A DNA stretch of 64,000 nt from Eledone cirrhosa (lineage: Eukaryota). The DNA is taken from the NCBI GenBank assembly GCA_964016885.1, contig OZ024744.1:68386001-68450000 (forward strand), written 5' to 3'. Shown in pieces: positions 12,876-26,507 of the stretch (position 1 is the stretch's first letter; each line of letters opens with the position of its first letter). The position numbers and the translations under genes are program-made. The notes under the pieces were generated by a model, which saw only the letters and a list, made by a program, of their open reading frames with translations, searched no databases and was not told the origin of the DNA.

Positions 12876-12986
12876 GTACTGACAATTGTTTCGTTGATCA
12901 GGTGAGTCTAGAGTTCGCTAATCGCTTGAGGTTGCGTCATTCGATCTCCAATACATTATTTACCTCTGGTCAACACATCAGAGTAC
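12876..12986 (-). ncRNA. Hammerhead motif, variant core CUGAUGU, GUC site
   Basis: Minus strand: gtact-CTGATGT-gttgacca...(insert)...tgatcaac-GAAA-caattg-TC-agtac. Confidence 0.6.
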
Positions 12987-13124
12987 GTAGAAATGAAAGT
13001 AATTCACTCGAGGCAAGACTTATATAGAAAAATAAATAGAGACAACAACAACAAACCTAACGACAACAACACTACCCGCTCATATAGAAATAACAAGCAT
13101 AGGACTAAGCATAGAATTAGATAA

Positions 13125-14006
13125 CGAACACCAAAAATAACCGAACAGAACACTATTACAAGGACCCCCAAAAACTATAGAAGATCCAGAGATAGAAAGT
13201 ACCTATGGTTCAATCCAATATTCAACTCCTCTATAAAAACTAAACTACCTTCTACATTCTTTAAACTAATAGATAAGCACTTCCCTACACTACACAAATA
13301 CCATAAAATCTTAAATAGAAAAACTATAAAACTTTCCTACTCTACTGCAGCCAACATAGAATCGCATATACGTAAGATCAACCTCAAAAATATATCTAAA
13401 GAAATTAACCTACCAACGCGCACCATAGTACCAAATACAAAACACAAACACATAACAACATCACCACTACAAACGCATCAGAACGCATCACAACAAAACA
13501 TTAATAGGCCTAAATCACAACCCACCCACAACAACTTACAAAACCGCAACGATGAACCTGCACAAAATAAAACCTCAAATTGTAATTGCCATCTACCGGA
13601 TAAGTGCCCACTACGGAATAGATGCCTGGATTGGAGTATGGTATACCTGTGTACTGTGAATTCAGGCAATTCTACTTGGCACTACATAGGTTCCACAGCT
13701 GGGGAGTTCAAGAAAAGGTGGTACGTCCACAGACACTCCATGAAGAACCGTGCACGGGAGAACTCCACAACGCTCGCCAATAAAATCTGGCAGCTTAAGG
13801 ACAAAAACCTAGAATATAAGATTAGCTGGTCAAAATTATCGGTAGCAAAAGCCTACAGCAACGGTATGTCCCACTGCGGGCTTTGTAATTTAGAACTACT
13901 ACATATTTTAAGATACGATGGGATGCTGCTTAACAACAAAATAGAAAGATCTATTTTCTGTAGGCATAAAACAGCTACTAGATTCACAAACTTCAAACCA
14001 CCATGA
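13125..14006 (+). pseudogene. PLE ORF C-terminus: thumb/linker plus GIY-YIG endonuclease (RT core missing)
   Basis: The frame is open from 13125: WFNPIFN...LIDKHFPTLHKYHKILNRKTIKLSYS...CNCHLPDKCPLRNRC...MVY...HYIGST..FKKRWYVH...CGLCNLE...CRHK. Confidence 0.9.
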
Positions 14007-14642
14007 TTTGAACCAGCAATCCCAAAATTAGTACTGAACCACCTAGAGGTTAACATATAGAATAGACACCATCACACTGCTATTAGCTGTCAAACGGCCA
14101 ACTGGTCACTGGATCATAAATCTCTGAACATTTATTTCACCCTCTCTCCCTGAAACAGCATCAAATCCATTAAGATAGAACAATCAGCAAAACATTTACA
14201 ACAAGCGTTTATCAAATGTCCCGTCATTCCTAGTCCATAAATATCATACATGTATCCGCCCATTAATCTCTAATTTATTGTCTTTTTTTTTATCGGACCC
14301 TCTACACGTATCTATGTACATCTCGATTATGGTTTCTCATGTTAGCACTAAACTCACCAGCGAATCCTTAGAAGAACACTACTACTATGTACTTACACGC
14401 TCTCACACTATTTCTTTCTTTATATTTTCATTTGTCTCATTGTCTTATTTTTTAATGTACCCTATCGTATATTTTACTTTTTACTTTTTACATCTGTAAC
14501 TTCTCTACCTATTTACCATATATGTTTTATTATTGATGTTATTGTTTTGATTTTACGCTATTTTATTATTGTTGTTATTGTTTTTATTATACGCTATTGT
14601 TCTATATAAGTCTTGCCTCGAGTGAAATACTTTCATATCTAC

Positions 14643-14753
14643 GTACTCTGATGTGTTGACCAAAGATAAATAATGTATTGGAGATCGAATGACGCAACCA
14701 CAAGCGATTAGCGAACTCTAGACACACCTGATCAACGAAACAATTGTTAGTAC
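14643..14753 (+). ncRNA. Hammerhead motif in the 3' pseudo-LTR, variant core CUGAUGU
   Basis: gtact-CTGATGT-gttgacca...tgatcaac-GAAA-caattg-TT-agtac. Confidence 0.6.
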
Positions 14754-14953
14754 TTTAAATAAAGCCCTTATTGTACAGCCAACCATGTTACTCTTCATTC
14801 TTTAACTATTATTACTCCAAGTACAACCTGCATAGAAATTACCGCGAACTCGCTGCATAACTATAGAAGCATCTTGTTAAAATTATCCACAACGCAGAAT
14901 ACTCACCACCTCTAACTGGATTACCTATAACGATAACTTGTTATCCCATATAT

Positions 14954-15041
<88 letters not shown>

Positions 15042-15639
15042 GAATTTAACTTATTCAGAAACATATCGTATATCTTAAGATAAATGAAATTCATATATAT
15101 ATATGATATTTAAATGTTGGAGAGAACAACAGAGATTTATGAATACATATAGGTATTTAATGGCACAAAAGTTGTTTCAAATCACTTCTTCCCTCCCGAT
15201 GAGCCTACTTGCTTTTTATCTTATATATATGTATCTATATCAATACACACAATATATATATATATATAAATACACACAAATTAATTTGGGAAACGCTCTG
15301 AATAATTGATTTTTATTAATTCCCTCATCGAGTCAAATTGGTATCTGTTGGTATCTGTCAGACTCCCTCATATATATATGCCTATAATTGTGTGTGTATA
15401 TATATATATATATATAAAGATTTACATATATATATAAAGTCATAGATATATATGTGTTTTGCAACCGGTCACATTGTGGCTCAATGAGAAATAAATAATC
15501 AGAGCTATATATCATAAAATATGTCTTTAGAATCACTAGATATATTATATACCAATTCCTCTCCCAATTAGTATAATTAACCATATAAAAAATCAATTAG
15601 ACCAAGCTATAAGAATAAAGGCTCCTATGAAGAAATCTC

Positions 15640-15673
<34 letters not shown>

Positions 15674-15847
15674 TTCGTTTCTGAATTTGTTTAGCAAGAT
15701 TCTTTATCTGAAATCGTGTGTTGAAACCGATATTGTTATACTTTGGGAGGGTCATGTTGCCAATAAGAAACACACGCACCAGTTGCTTTCACTTCAATTT
15801 ATTATAAATTTATAAATTTACAAATCTACAAACTTATAAATTTCTGG

Positions 15848-16375
15848 TTGGTTGGTTCCCCTAGAGGCGAACTAGCCTACAAATTTAGAAGGGCCCTAAA
15901 TAAACATAAACTCAATATTAAGATAGTAGAAAGACCAGGTACCTCCGTAAAAACACTTATTAGCAAGACATACCCGTTCCAAAGACCCTCATGTATAGAT
16001 AAGAAATGTATAACCTGTAAAATAATCCCCCATATTAACTGTAAAACTAGAAATGTAGTGTATAGCATAAGATGTACTGAAGGACAATGTAGAAACAAAA
16101 ATATAGTGTACATAGGTGAGACAACTCGTAGTATAGGGGAACGAATAAATGAACACTGGCGAGACGTTCAAGATAATAAAGAATCATCTGTGCTCTACCA
16201 ACATGCTAAGATAGAACACAGGGGTAGATTAGAGAACATAGAAATAAAAATAGAATCCACACACAGAAAAGATGCAATGTTTAGGCAAATTACAGAGGCA
16301 GTAAGCATAAAAGAATTACAACCAAAATTAAATAGAAAATATGAGTGGAACAGCAACATCACAACTTACAATTAG
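15848..16375 (+). pseudogene. GIY-YIG endonuclease domain of a PLE (5'-truncated)
   Basis: Cys-rich linker CIDKKCITC...C, then NVVYSIRC...C...VYIGETTRSIGERINEH...LYQHAKIEH...RQITEA...LNRKYEW. Confidence 0.9.
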
Positions 16376-16676
16376 GGACAAAATGAAAACACACACAGGA
16401 CAAAATGAAAACACACACACACATAGAACAAACAACTTACAATTAAGGACAAAATGAAAACACACACAGGACAAAATGAAAACACACACATACATAGAAC
16501 AAACAACCAACCAACAATAAATAAATAAATAAATAAACAAATAGATAAATGAACACAAACACACACAGACACCCGGATGTGGCGCATGCGCAAACTGAGC
16601 ACACAACACACACACAGAAACAAAATGGCGTAGGATAGAAGAAAGGAAAGGCACAGAAACAAAGAAAGGAATCCCC

Positions 16677-16721
16677 AGTCACTGAAGAGGTCACAGAGTG
16701 TGTGACGAAAGGACTATGACT
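16677..16721 (+). ncRNA. Minimal type I hammerhead in the PLE 3' region
   Basis: agtca-CTGAAGA-ggtcaca gagtg tgtgac-GAAA-ggac-TA-tgact. Confidence 0.75.
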
Positions 16722-17032
16722 ATATATAAACAACTATCTGGTTGTGGAACCAACCAACCAACCAACCAGAAATTTATAAGTTTGTAGATTTGTAAATTTA
16801 TAAATTTATAAATATATAATAAATTGAAGTGAAAGCAACTGGTGCGTGTGTTTCTTATTGGCAACATGACCCTCCCAAAGTATAACAATATATATATATA
16901 TATACAATATACATGATGACGTCACCAAAGTCTTACATCTTGATCTGATGAAGTAACCAGTAATAGGTATAGTGATTTTGCAGCCCGGCCTTATGTGTTG
17001 TCTTTTAAATATATATATATATATATTATATA

Positions 17033-17079
<47 letters not shown>

Positions 17080-17089
17080 ATATTATATA

Positions 17090-17168
<79 letters not shown>

Positions 17169-17176
17169 ATTATATA

Positions 17177-17262
<86 letters not shown>

Positions 17263-17421
17263 TTAAGGATACTATTTATGGTTATGTATGTAATAAAACC
17301 TTTTATGGTTATATATTTTTTATACAAACCCTAAATAGTGAAAGATAGTCATTAATTACTATCTTATTACCAGTAAGATAAATAGCTCAATGTAATAACA
17401 TCGGTTGTTTTACAGAGCAGT

Positions 17422-18377
17422 TATATAGAGATTACAATAATCAAAGTTCAGTTTAAATCCTTTATTTGCTTACAATTGTATCCTCCAAACCGAGGTTTGG
17501 ATTCTTCGAACCAACTATTTAGTGATCTATAACTAAACAACATGATCTATTAATTAAGAGTCGACAAGATACGGTTTATAACTTGGTTATATGCTGAACC
17601 ATCGTGAATTATATGATAGACCCGTGGTCTATATATTGCGTCTCGTGGATTATGTGAGTGGTGGTGTGCGCGAAGACAGTGGTACTGTTTTGCCTACGAT
17701 ATAATGTTTTATAATATGTTTGAGATTTTTGAGATTTTGGTGTTTCTCTACATTCGGGATTGTATATCAAACAGGTGTATGCGAAAAAATGATTTAATAA
17801 TTCAGCCCACATAATAATATCGATTGCCTGCTTCAACTACCTGACCCAGCAAGTAACAATCTGACGCACTCTAATCCTGTATAAATAAGACACGCGTGCA
17901 TGCTACACGTGACATTGTTTCATACACTAACTACTCTAAACTTTCCTCTTGCTTTATCTTCATAAACTGCCAATGCTTCATTTTTATTTTTATTTTCATT
18001 TATATTTTTTTTATTTTTATTTTTATTTTTATTTTTATTTTTATTTTTATTTTTATTTTTATTTTTATTTTTATTTTTATTTTTATTTTTATTTTTATTT
18101 TTATTTTTATTTTTTATTTTATTTTTATTTTTATTTTTATTTTTATTTTTATTTTTATTTTTATTTTTATATGTAAATTGCCATGCTATATCATTTTGAT
18201 GGATGTCATCCCACTGTGGATCAATATGTGCATATGTTTTTATATGTCTCTTGTGTTGAAAAGGAGGTCAAGTATGTTATAGATCACTAAATAGTTGCCC
18301 CGAAGAAACCAAACCTCGGTTTGGAGGAAACAATTGTAAGCAAATAAATGATTTAAACTGAACTTTGATTATTGTAA

Positions 18378-18383
<6 letters not shown>
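17422..18383 (+). mobile_element. Non-coding PLE-like remnant with inverted arms carrying a degenerate hammerhead
   Basis: Arms ~17422-17533 and ~18276-18383. 18295-18343 reads ttgcc-CCGAAGA-aaccaaacc tc ggtttgg ag-GAAA-caattg-TA-agcaa. An internal (TTTTTA)n lies at ~17980-18170. Confidence 0.65.
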
Positions 18384-18425
<42 letters not shown>

Positions 18426-18483
18426 TGTATATATATATATATATTATATATATATGAGTGTATATATATATATATAGAGAGAG

Positions 18484-19631
18484 AGAGAATTAGTACATTT
18501 ACCAACATATGTGTACAGATGTTCACCTATGCTAGCAAATATATGTTATGTCTTAGTACTTTTGTGGTTCTATGCAGGGGGATGCAGAACAATTATATGA
18601 AAGACGTAAAATAAGAAAATTTTAAAATTTAAAAATCAACTTACTTACTAAAATTTTCACTCCAATCAATTAGTTTCTGTAAGGGGATAAATATAGTTAT
18701 ATAATATAACTATAGAGAATTCCTTGCGTCATCAGGAAGTCTATTCTCAGCTAAGTTCTCAGGCGATGCGCGGACACTAGGAACCCATATAAAAATAATA
18801 ATAATTCAGTGGATGGAATAAAGCTAGCGAGGACTAAATTCCGGAGCACTGAAAAAATTCACTGCCTCTGGTCAGTGGCAGATTCTAAAGAATCAATCAC
18901 GTGACACTGAGGTTAATCAGTTAGGAGCGGAGTGGTATTATGACAAGAGCCTACTACTACCATGAATCAGCAGTAAATTTTGGCAAGTTTTGCTCAACAA
19001 ATAATTTGGAGATAAATTTAGAGAATTAGTACATTTATCAACATATGTGTACAGATGTTCACCTATGCTAGCAAATATATATGTTATGTCTTAGTACCTT
19101 TGTGGTTCTATGTATATAATTGTTCTGCATAGAACCACAAAGGTACTAAGACATAACATATATTTGCTAGCATAGGTGAACATCTGTACACATATGTTGG
19201 TAAATGTACTAATTCTCTATATTTATCTCCAAATTATTTGTTGAGCAAAACTTGCCAAACTTTACTGCTGATTCATGGTAGTAGTAGGCTCTTGTTATAA
19301 TACCACCCCGCTCCTAACTGATTAACCTCAGTGTCACGTGATTGATTCTTTAGAATCTGCCACTGACCAGAGGCAGTGAATTTTTTCAGTGCTCCGGAAT
19401 TTAGTCCTCGCTAGCTTTATTCCATCCACTGAATTATTATTATTTTTATATGGGTTCCTAGTGCCCGCGCATCGCTTGGGAACTTAGCTGAGAATAGACT
19501 CCCTGATGACGTAAGGAATTCTCTATAGTTATATTATGTAACTATATTTATCCCCTTACAGAAACTAATTAATTGGAGTGAAAATTTTAGTAAGTTGATT
19601 TTTAATTTTTTAAATTTTCTTATTTTACGTC

Positions 19632-19637
<6 letters not shown>
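18484..19637. repeat. A-B-A | A'-B' tandem-plus-inverted unit between (TA)n tracts
   Basis: Segment A (agagaattagtacattt...gtggttctatg) lies at ~18484 and ~19020. ~19128-19637 is the reverse complement of ~18597-19112. Confidence 0.85.
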
Positions 19638-19717
<80 letters not shown>

Positions 19718-19885
19718 TATATGTATGTATATGTACATACACACGTACACACATCAATACAAGCATGCATAAATACGTACATACGTAGACGTATGCATGT
19801 GTGTACGTATGTAAGTATTTATGCATGCTTGTATTGATGTGTGTACGTGTGAATGTACATATACATACATATACTATATATATGA

Positions 19886-19920
<35 letters not shown>

Positions 19921-19932
19921 TGTATATATATA

Positions 19933-21452
19933 TAATAACTAGAAATTGATTAACATATATATAAATAAATATAAACATGAATAATCACAGGAGATAATTT
20001 TTACAAGCGTGTAACCACGCATGGCTAGTAGGTAACAAATAAATAAAGTTAACTAGAACTTCAAAAATAGATACCTTTTAATGATTAATCTTCCCTGAAT
20101 ATATTCCATTCAAGAAATATATTTCACCAATTAATCAGATGGTAAGTCACAGAAAGTGGATATTATTGGATTGTCAACAAGGAAGAACAATATTCCAGCA
20201 ATCCATGCTTACACGGCGAGTTCAAATCTTCAACTGGCCGCTACCACGTGTTGTTTTTACACATCACAGCGGCTTCGTCTCAGTGGCGTGAATAGGTATT
20301 CGACAACTAGAAACAGCAGTCAATTCCTTTCAACAGAGTTAGCTCTACAATTAAGGAGCCGTATTTATATATCTATATCCAAAATTAAGATAAATTAAAT
20401 GAATTTAATCCAAATCGAAATTGTGGGTGTCATGCCATAACGGCGTGCGCCATATCGCCCGGAAAATAAGCTCAAAGATTTTGTAGGTCCGAGCATTTTA
20501 TAATAACTAGAAATTGATTAACATATATATAAATAAATATAAACATGAATAATCACAGGAGATAATTTTTACAAGCGTGTAACCACGCATGGCTAGTAGG
20601 TAACACATAAATAAAGTTAACTAGAACTTCAAAAATAGATACCTTTTAATGATTAATCTTCCCTGCATATATTCCATTAAAGAAATATATTTCACCAATT
20701 AATCAGATGGTAAGTCACAGAAAGTGGATATTATTGGATTGTCAACAAGGAAGAACAATATTCCAGCAATCCATGCTTACATGGCGAGTTAAAATCTTCA
20801 ACTGGCCGCTACCACGATATGGCGCACGCCGTTATGGCATGACACCCACAATTTCGATTTGGATTAAATTCATTTAATTTATCTTAATTTTGGAAATAGA
20901 TATATAAATACGGCTCCTTAATTGTAGAGCTAACTCTGTTGAAAGGAATTGACTGCTGTTTCTAGTTGTCGAATACCTATTCACGCCATTGAGACGAAGC
21001 CGCTGTGATGTGTAAAAACAACACGTGGTAGCGGCCAGTTGAAGATTTGAACTCGCCGTGTAAGCATGGATTGCTGGAATATTGTTCTTCCTTGTTGACA
21101 ATCCAATAATATCCACTTTCTGTGACTTACCATCTGATTAATTGGTGAAATATATTTCTTTAATGGAATATATACAGGGAAGATTAATCATTAAAAGGTA
21201 TTTATTTTTGAAGTTCTAGTTAACTTTATTTGTTACCTACTAGCCATGCGTGGTTACACGCTTGTAAAAATTATCTCCTGTGATTATTCATGTTTATATT
21301 TATTTATATATATGCTAATCAATTTCTAGTTATTATAAAATGCTCGGACCTACAAAATCTTTGAGCTTATTTTCCGGGCGATATGGCGCATGCCGTTATG
21401 GCATGACACCCACAATTTCGATTTGGATTAAATTCATTTAATTTATCTTAAT
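19933..21452. repeat. ~570-bp unit in 1.5 tandem copies followed by about 1.1 inverted copies
   Basis: taataactagaaattgattaac starts at ~19933 and ~20501. ORF 20156..20398(+) is mirrored by 20874..21116(-); the inversion junction is at ~20816. Confidence 0.9.
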
Positions 21453-21464
21453 TTATCTTAATTT

Positions 21465-21527
<63 letters not shown>

Positions 21528-21722
21528 TCTCCTTATGTAGAGAACAAAACGTTGAATAATGCTGCTAATTTTAGTGGCAATATCAACATGTTTATAATAA
21601 ACAGCTATTATCTGCGACCTGATTTTGCGTGTGTGTCATTTTAACGGCTTGACCGCATGCGTTGGGCAGGAAGCGAAATATTTACTTACTGTAGGGCTAG
21701 CAACCTTATAGTGTGGAAATAA

Positions 21723-21803
21723 GCTGTCTGAAGATTCATTTCTTTCCATTGGAAATTCTCTGGATTTCTAATCTTTTGGAATGATGAAACCGTCGGTAAC
21801 AGC
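21723..21803 (+). ncRNA. Type I hammerhead motif with an extended stem II loop
   Basis: gctgt-CTGAAGA-ttcatttc...ggaatgat-GAAA-ccgtcgg-TA-acagc. Stem I is perfect and the site is GUA. Confidence 0.65.
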
Positions 21804-22069
21804 AATAGAACAGGTGATTATTTAAATCGTTTTTTAATTTATTTAGAGAATTGTTTGATAACCGCTTGCTCCGCTATTTTTATATTGTTCTGGCATCTCA
21901 ACTTAGTACCATTGAACCACAAATATTATAAACACCTTGCATATTTCAACAAGTACATAGTGCCTGTTGAAGTATTCATCCACTTTTATATAGTATATGT
22001 ATGTATATGTACATACACACGTACACACATCAATACAAGCATGCATGAATACGTACATACGTACACACA

Positions 22070-22403
22070 TGCAGACATATAAAAATTCTGCATGTAATAA
22101 CAGCATGTACACATATACAGATACACATCATATACACATCCACATATACATTAACATCTATACCTGCGCACACACGCCCACATGCTGACAATCAGACATA
22201 TCTACTTAGTTGATGTTCTGTAAATTCCAATGAGAGTCTTGTGTCTATGTTAGAAACCGACTCTCTCTCTCTCTCTATTGGTAAAAACGTATAAAATCAT
22301 AAAACCAGAAGAACATACATACATACATACATACATACATACATACATACATACATACATACATACATACATACATACATACATACATACATACATACAT
22401 ACA
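22070..22403 (+). mobile_element. 3' UTR and (TACA)n tail of the Dong-like family 28110-32220
   Basis: gtcttgtgtctatgttagaaaccgactctc...aaaaccagaagaacatacatac matches 32057-32140 and 32541-32625. Confidence 0.85.
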
Positions 22404-22453
22404 TGATGGCTGCCCCCTCGTTATCGAGTATGGCCAATGCACAAGAAAAAAAA

Positions 22454-22484
<31 letters not shown>

Positions 22485-22579
22485 AATAAAATAAAATAAA
22501 ATAAAATAAAATAAAATAAAAAAATAATAATTATAATAATAATAATAAATAAATAAAAAAATAAATAAATAAAAAATAA

Positions 22580-22619
<40 letters not shown>

Positions 22620-22766
22620 ACAAATAACGAAACGAAATTAAATTTCGTTTCGTTTGTAACTCATTTTTGTATGACTGACGCTTAAACAATTAAGTTAAAA
22701 ATGTACATCCACATATGTATATTGAATATGAATACACACACGTATACATATGTAGATGTACCGAGT

Positions 22767-22807
22767 TATTGCTGATGAGATGTAACAACATCGAAACTAG
22801 TTCAATA
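22767..22807 (+). ncRNA. Minimal type I hammerhead inside an inverted-repeat insert (arms ~22688-22767 and ~22938-23030) in the RTE 3' UTR
   Basis: tattg-CTGATGA-gatgt aaca acatc-GAAA-ctag-TT-caata. Confidence 0.75.
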
Positions 22808-23237
22808 TTCCTTGTCTGGCTTTCTGGAGAATAGAGGAAAGGTGTTTCCTCAAAAACCAGTATGACTCTAAAAACCAGTTTGTCTGTGTGTTTTCATACA
22901 GAATAGCTGGACACTCACAGTAAAGTGACCAGTGAAAAACTCGGTACATCTACATATGTATACGTGTGTGTAATCATATGCATACTAGTATTTCAGTATA
23001 CATATGTGGATGTACATTTTTAACTTAATTGTATATATATATATATATATATATACATACATACATATATACATACACACATACATACACATACACTCAC
23101 ACATATATACACACATACATTAATAACAATAATACTAATAATAATAATAATAATAATAGCAATAATAATAATAACGACAACAACAATCATAATATACATA
23201 TTCATATATATATACACACACACGCACGCACATAAGC

Positions 23238-23363
<126 letters not shown>

Positions 23364-23369
23364 TAGCAA

Positions 23370-26330
23370 CTAACAGTGCTGCGATCGAATGTGGCTTTTT
23401 AGCCCAGCCAATGATCTAAAATGTCTTGCACAGAGTCGGCAACCAAAACATTCACTGGGAATAGTCGGCTGTGGTTGGAGTTCGTGTACTTTTGCATGTC
23501 GCTTGAGCCCTCCTGCTGATTTACATTCTCTACCACATGTTTGGCAAGCATGATGAGTAGCATCTCCAACAGCAGCCTGGTAGTCAACCACTGGTCTTAC
23601 TTTATGACTGCGAAGATGACTTTCGAGTCCAGCTTTGCTTAGGCAGAGTCTCGCACAGACGCTGCATGTCAGCACCATAGGAGGACCCTCGCCGTCTGGA
23701 AGTGCAACAGCAATGCCCTTCCTCACGTCCCGCTTTACTTTCTCGTGTGCGATTCGAGATGCCTCAAAGGCAACTTTTCCCTCATATACAGTCTTTCTCC
23801 ATTTATTACGATCAGCAGCAATATTTTCCCATGTATCAGCAGAGATGTTAGCGTGTTTCAGAGAGGCTTTCAAGGAATCCTTATACTTCTTTTTTGTTTA
23901 TGTGGCGGTCGTTTTCCTTTAACTAACTCTCCATAGAAGAGTTGTTTTGGTTTTCTAGAATCCTTCATCCTGGCAAGGTGACCACTCCAACGGAGTCGTT
24001 TCTTAAGCACAAGAGCTTCTATACTGTCACACATAGAGCTTTCCAAAATCTCGACATCACTGATGTGGTCCCTCCAGTGAACGCCATGGATCCGTCTGAG
24101 ACACATCTGATGGAAACGCTCCTATTGCTTAAGGTGGCGTCGATATGTGACCCAGGTCTCGCAGGCATAAAGAAGACAAGAGAGTACACATGCCCTGTAC
24201 ACCTTTACCTTTGTCCTCCTGCATATGTCTCGCCGACCCCAGAGTCGCCTTTCTAGCTTTCCGAAAGCATCACTTGCTTTCCTAATCCTAAGTGAGATTT
24301 CACTGTCAAGGTTGCCGTATAGATTGACAGGGCTTCCCAGGTAGACAAACTGATCAACCACTCCAAGTCGTTTGCCATACACATAGATGTTTGGTTCAGT
24401 GTACTGCTTACTAGGGGCAGGTTGGTACATGACGACGGTTTTCTTGAGACTGACAGTCAAACCCAGGGCAGTGCAAGCGTCAGAAAATACATTCAAAATG
24501 TGCTGCATATCACTCTCTGTGTGCGCTACAAGATCGCAATCATCTGCATACAAGAGGTCTCTTATGACTGATGTAAATACTTTTGTCTTCGCAGCAAAGC
24601 GCCTGATGTTAAATATGTTGCCTGAGGTTCGATATCGGATGTAAACACCATGCTCGCAATTCCTGAATGCAATACAGAAAACCATTGCAAAGTATATGGC
24701 AAACAGGGTCGGTGCTGGAATATCCCCCTGTTTCACTCCATTTTTTACTGAGATAGGCTCCGACATGTTACCTCCGACATTAACCCAAGCCTTCATGTCG
24801 TCATGGAAAGACCTAACTAAAGCAAGGAACTTATCAGGGCAACCAAGTTTCTGGAGAACCTTCCATAATGCATCTCTGTTGACAGTATCGAAAGCCTTTG
24901 TCAGATCGACAAAAACCTGATACAGATCCAAGCCCTGTTCAATGCACTTCTCCTGGAGCTGTCTAGCTGAGAAGACCATATCAGTAGTGCTGCGTCCAGC
25001 ACGAAAACCAGATTGACTTTCAGGAAGGACACAATCTGCAATGTGTGTCAGCAGACGGTCCAGAAGCACCCTACATAAAACTTTCCCTACGACAGAAAGC
25101 AATGATATACCTCTGTAGTTCCCACAATCATTCCTGTTACCATTTCCCTTGTACAAGACCACCATTACTGCATCTCTCCAGTCCTCAGGCACGGATTCAT
25201 TAGCCCATATCCCTCCAAACAGAGAGTGAAGATGTTGCAGGAGTCTCTCACCACCATATTGTAGGAGCTCAGCATGTATGCCATCCATACCTGGAGATCT
25301 TCCACTGTTCAGCTTCGAAATAGCCACTGCAACCTCCACAAGCGTCGGAGGTTCTGCGAGAGCTACTTTCACGTCTGCCTACATCATAAACCGACTTTTT
25401 AAGGGTCGGCCAATCCTCACCAAGATCTGCAGCCTGCATCTCTTCTTCCAATGTCCTCTTCACATTTTTATCCTTAAGACGAGCAGCATTCAATCTTTTG
25501 GGCAGGGTAACACCAGGAGCCCGGATTTTACGTTTGGTGATTAGATTCACTTTTGCGCGTACCAGGCGGTGGTCCGTCCAGCACTCAGCTCCACGAAGAA
25601 CACGAACACACTGCACATCCTGTCTGTCACGCATCCTGACTAGGACGTAGTCCAAAAGATGCCATTCCTTAGATGCAGGATGCATCCATGTGGTCTTGAA
25701 TTTGTTCTTTTGTTGGAACATGGTGTTGGTAACACACAGATCCAGCTCCTCACACATCTGCAGCAAGAGCATACCATTGCTGTTACACTTTCCCACCCCA
25801 TGCCTTCCGATTACATTCCATGTGTTAAAATCACTACCCACTCTAGCATTAAAGTCACCAAGCACGATGACTTTGTCTGCCTGAGGGATATTTCTTAGAA
25901 CACCTTTCAAGGCATGGTAAAAGGACAGTTTTTCTTCATCGACAGAATTCATAGTTGGAGCATACACACTCACCAGGGTAGCATATTTTCCCTTGTCCAG
26001 CGGAACTCTCATGGACATAAGACGCTCACTAATCCCTACTGGGAATTCTTCTAATTTATTCACCAGTACAGTCTTAACAGCAAATCCTACCCCAGCCTCT
26101 CTTCTGGTTCCTTCATCTCTTCCTTTCCAGAAGAATGTATATTCTCCACAAAATTCCGTAAGATGACCATCTCCAGCTAACCTCGTCTCAGATAAAGCCA
26201 CGATGTCAAGATCGTAACGTCGAAGCTCCTTTGCAACAAGAGCGGTCCTTCGTTCAGGACGCTCCAAAGAATCCCTGTCAAGCAGCGTCCGTACGTTCCA
26301 GCAGCCAAGACTAAATGCCCTGTTTGGCTC
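23370..26330 (-). pseudogene. RTE ORF: apurinic endonuclease, reverse transcriptase and three C2H2 zinc fingers (disrupted)
   Basis: ORF pieces 25269..26462, 24122..25372, 23870..24106 and 23370..23873. There is an in-frame stop at ~24122, a frameshift at ~23890, and an EN-RT linker deletion at ~25375. Confidence 0.9.
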
Positions 26331-26470
26331 TATTACAATGGCACGATGACGGGCGGGCCCAGGTTGTGATAACTTGGGGCCCCTGCCCTTATTGCCAATG
26401 ATCCATTTTGTTCCAGAACCCAAATTGGCAATTATCTCGTTTACATTGTTCTGGAGCATCATTGAATTGG

Positions 26471-26507
<37 letters not shown>

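Larger units (their letters stand above)
12821..14948 (+). mobile_element. 5'-truncated Penelope-like retroelement with an inverted pseudo-LTR segment, in (TA)n
   Basis: Inverted arms 12821-13029 and 14600-14808 surround a GIY-YIG ORF. Each arm holds a hammerhead, and TA tracts lie on both sides. Confidence 0.9.
15730..16890 (+). mobile_element. Second 5'-truncated Penelope-like element (different family) with an inverted terminal segment
   Basis: Arms 15730-15859 and 16746-16890 are reverse complements; a GIY-YIG ORF and a hammerhead lie between them; TA tracts are nearby on both sides. Confidence 0.9.

Noticed and set aside
16940-16980. CTGATGA after the second PLE
   Set aside because: No downstream GAAA or stem III.
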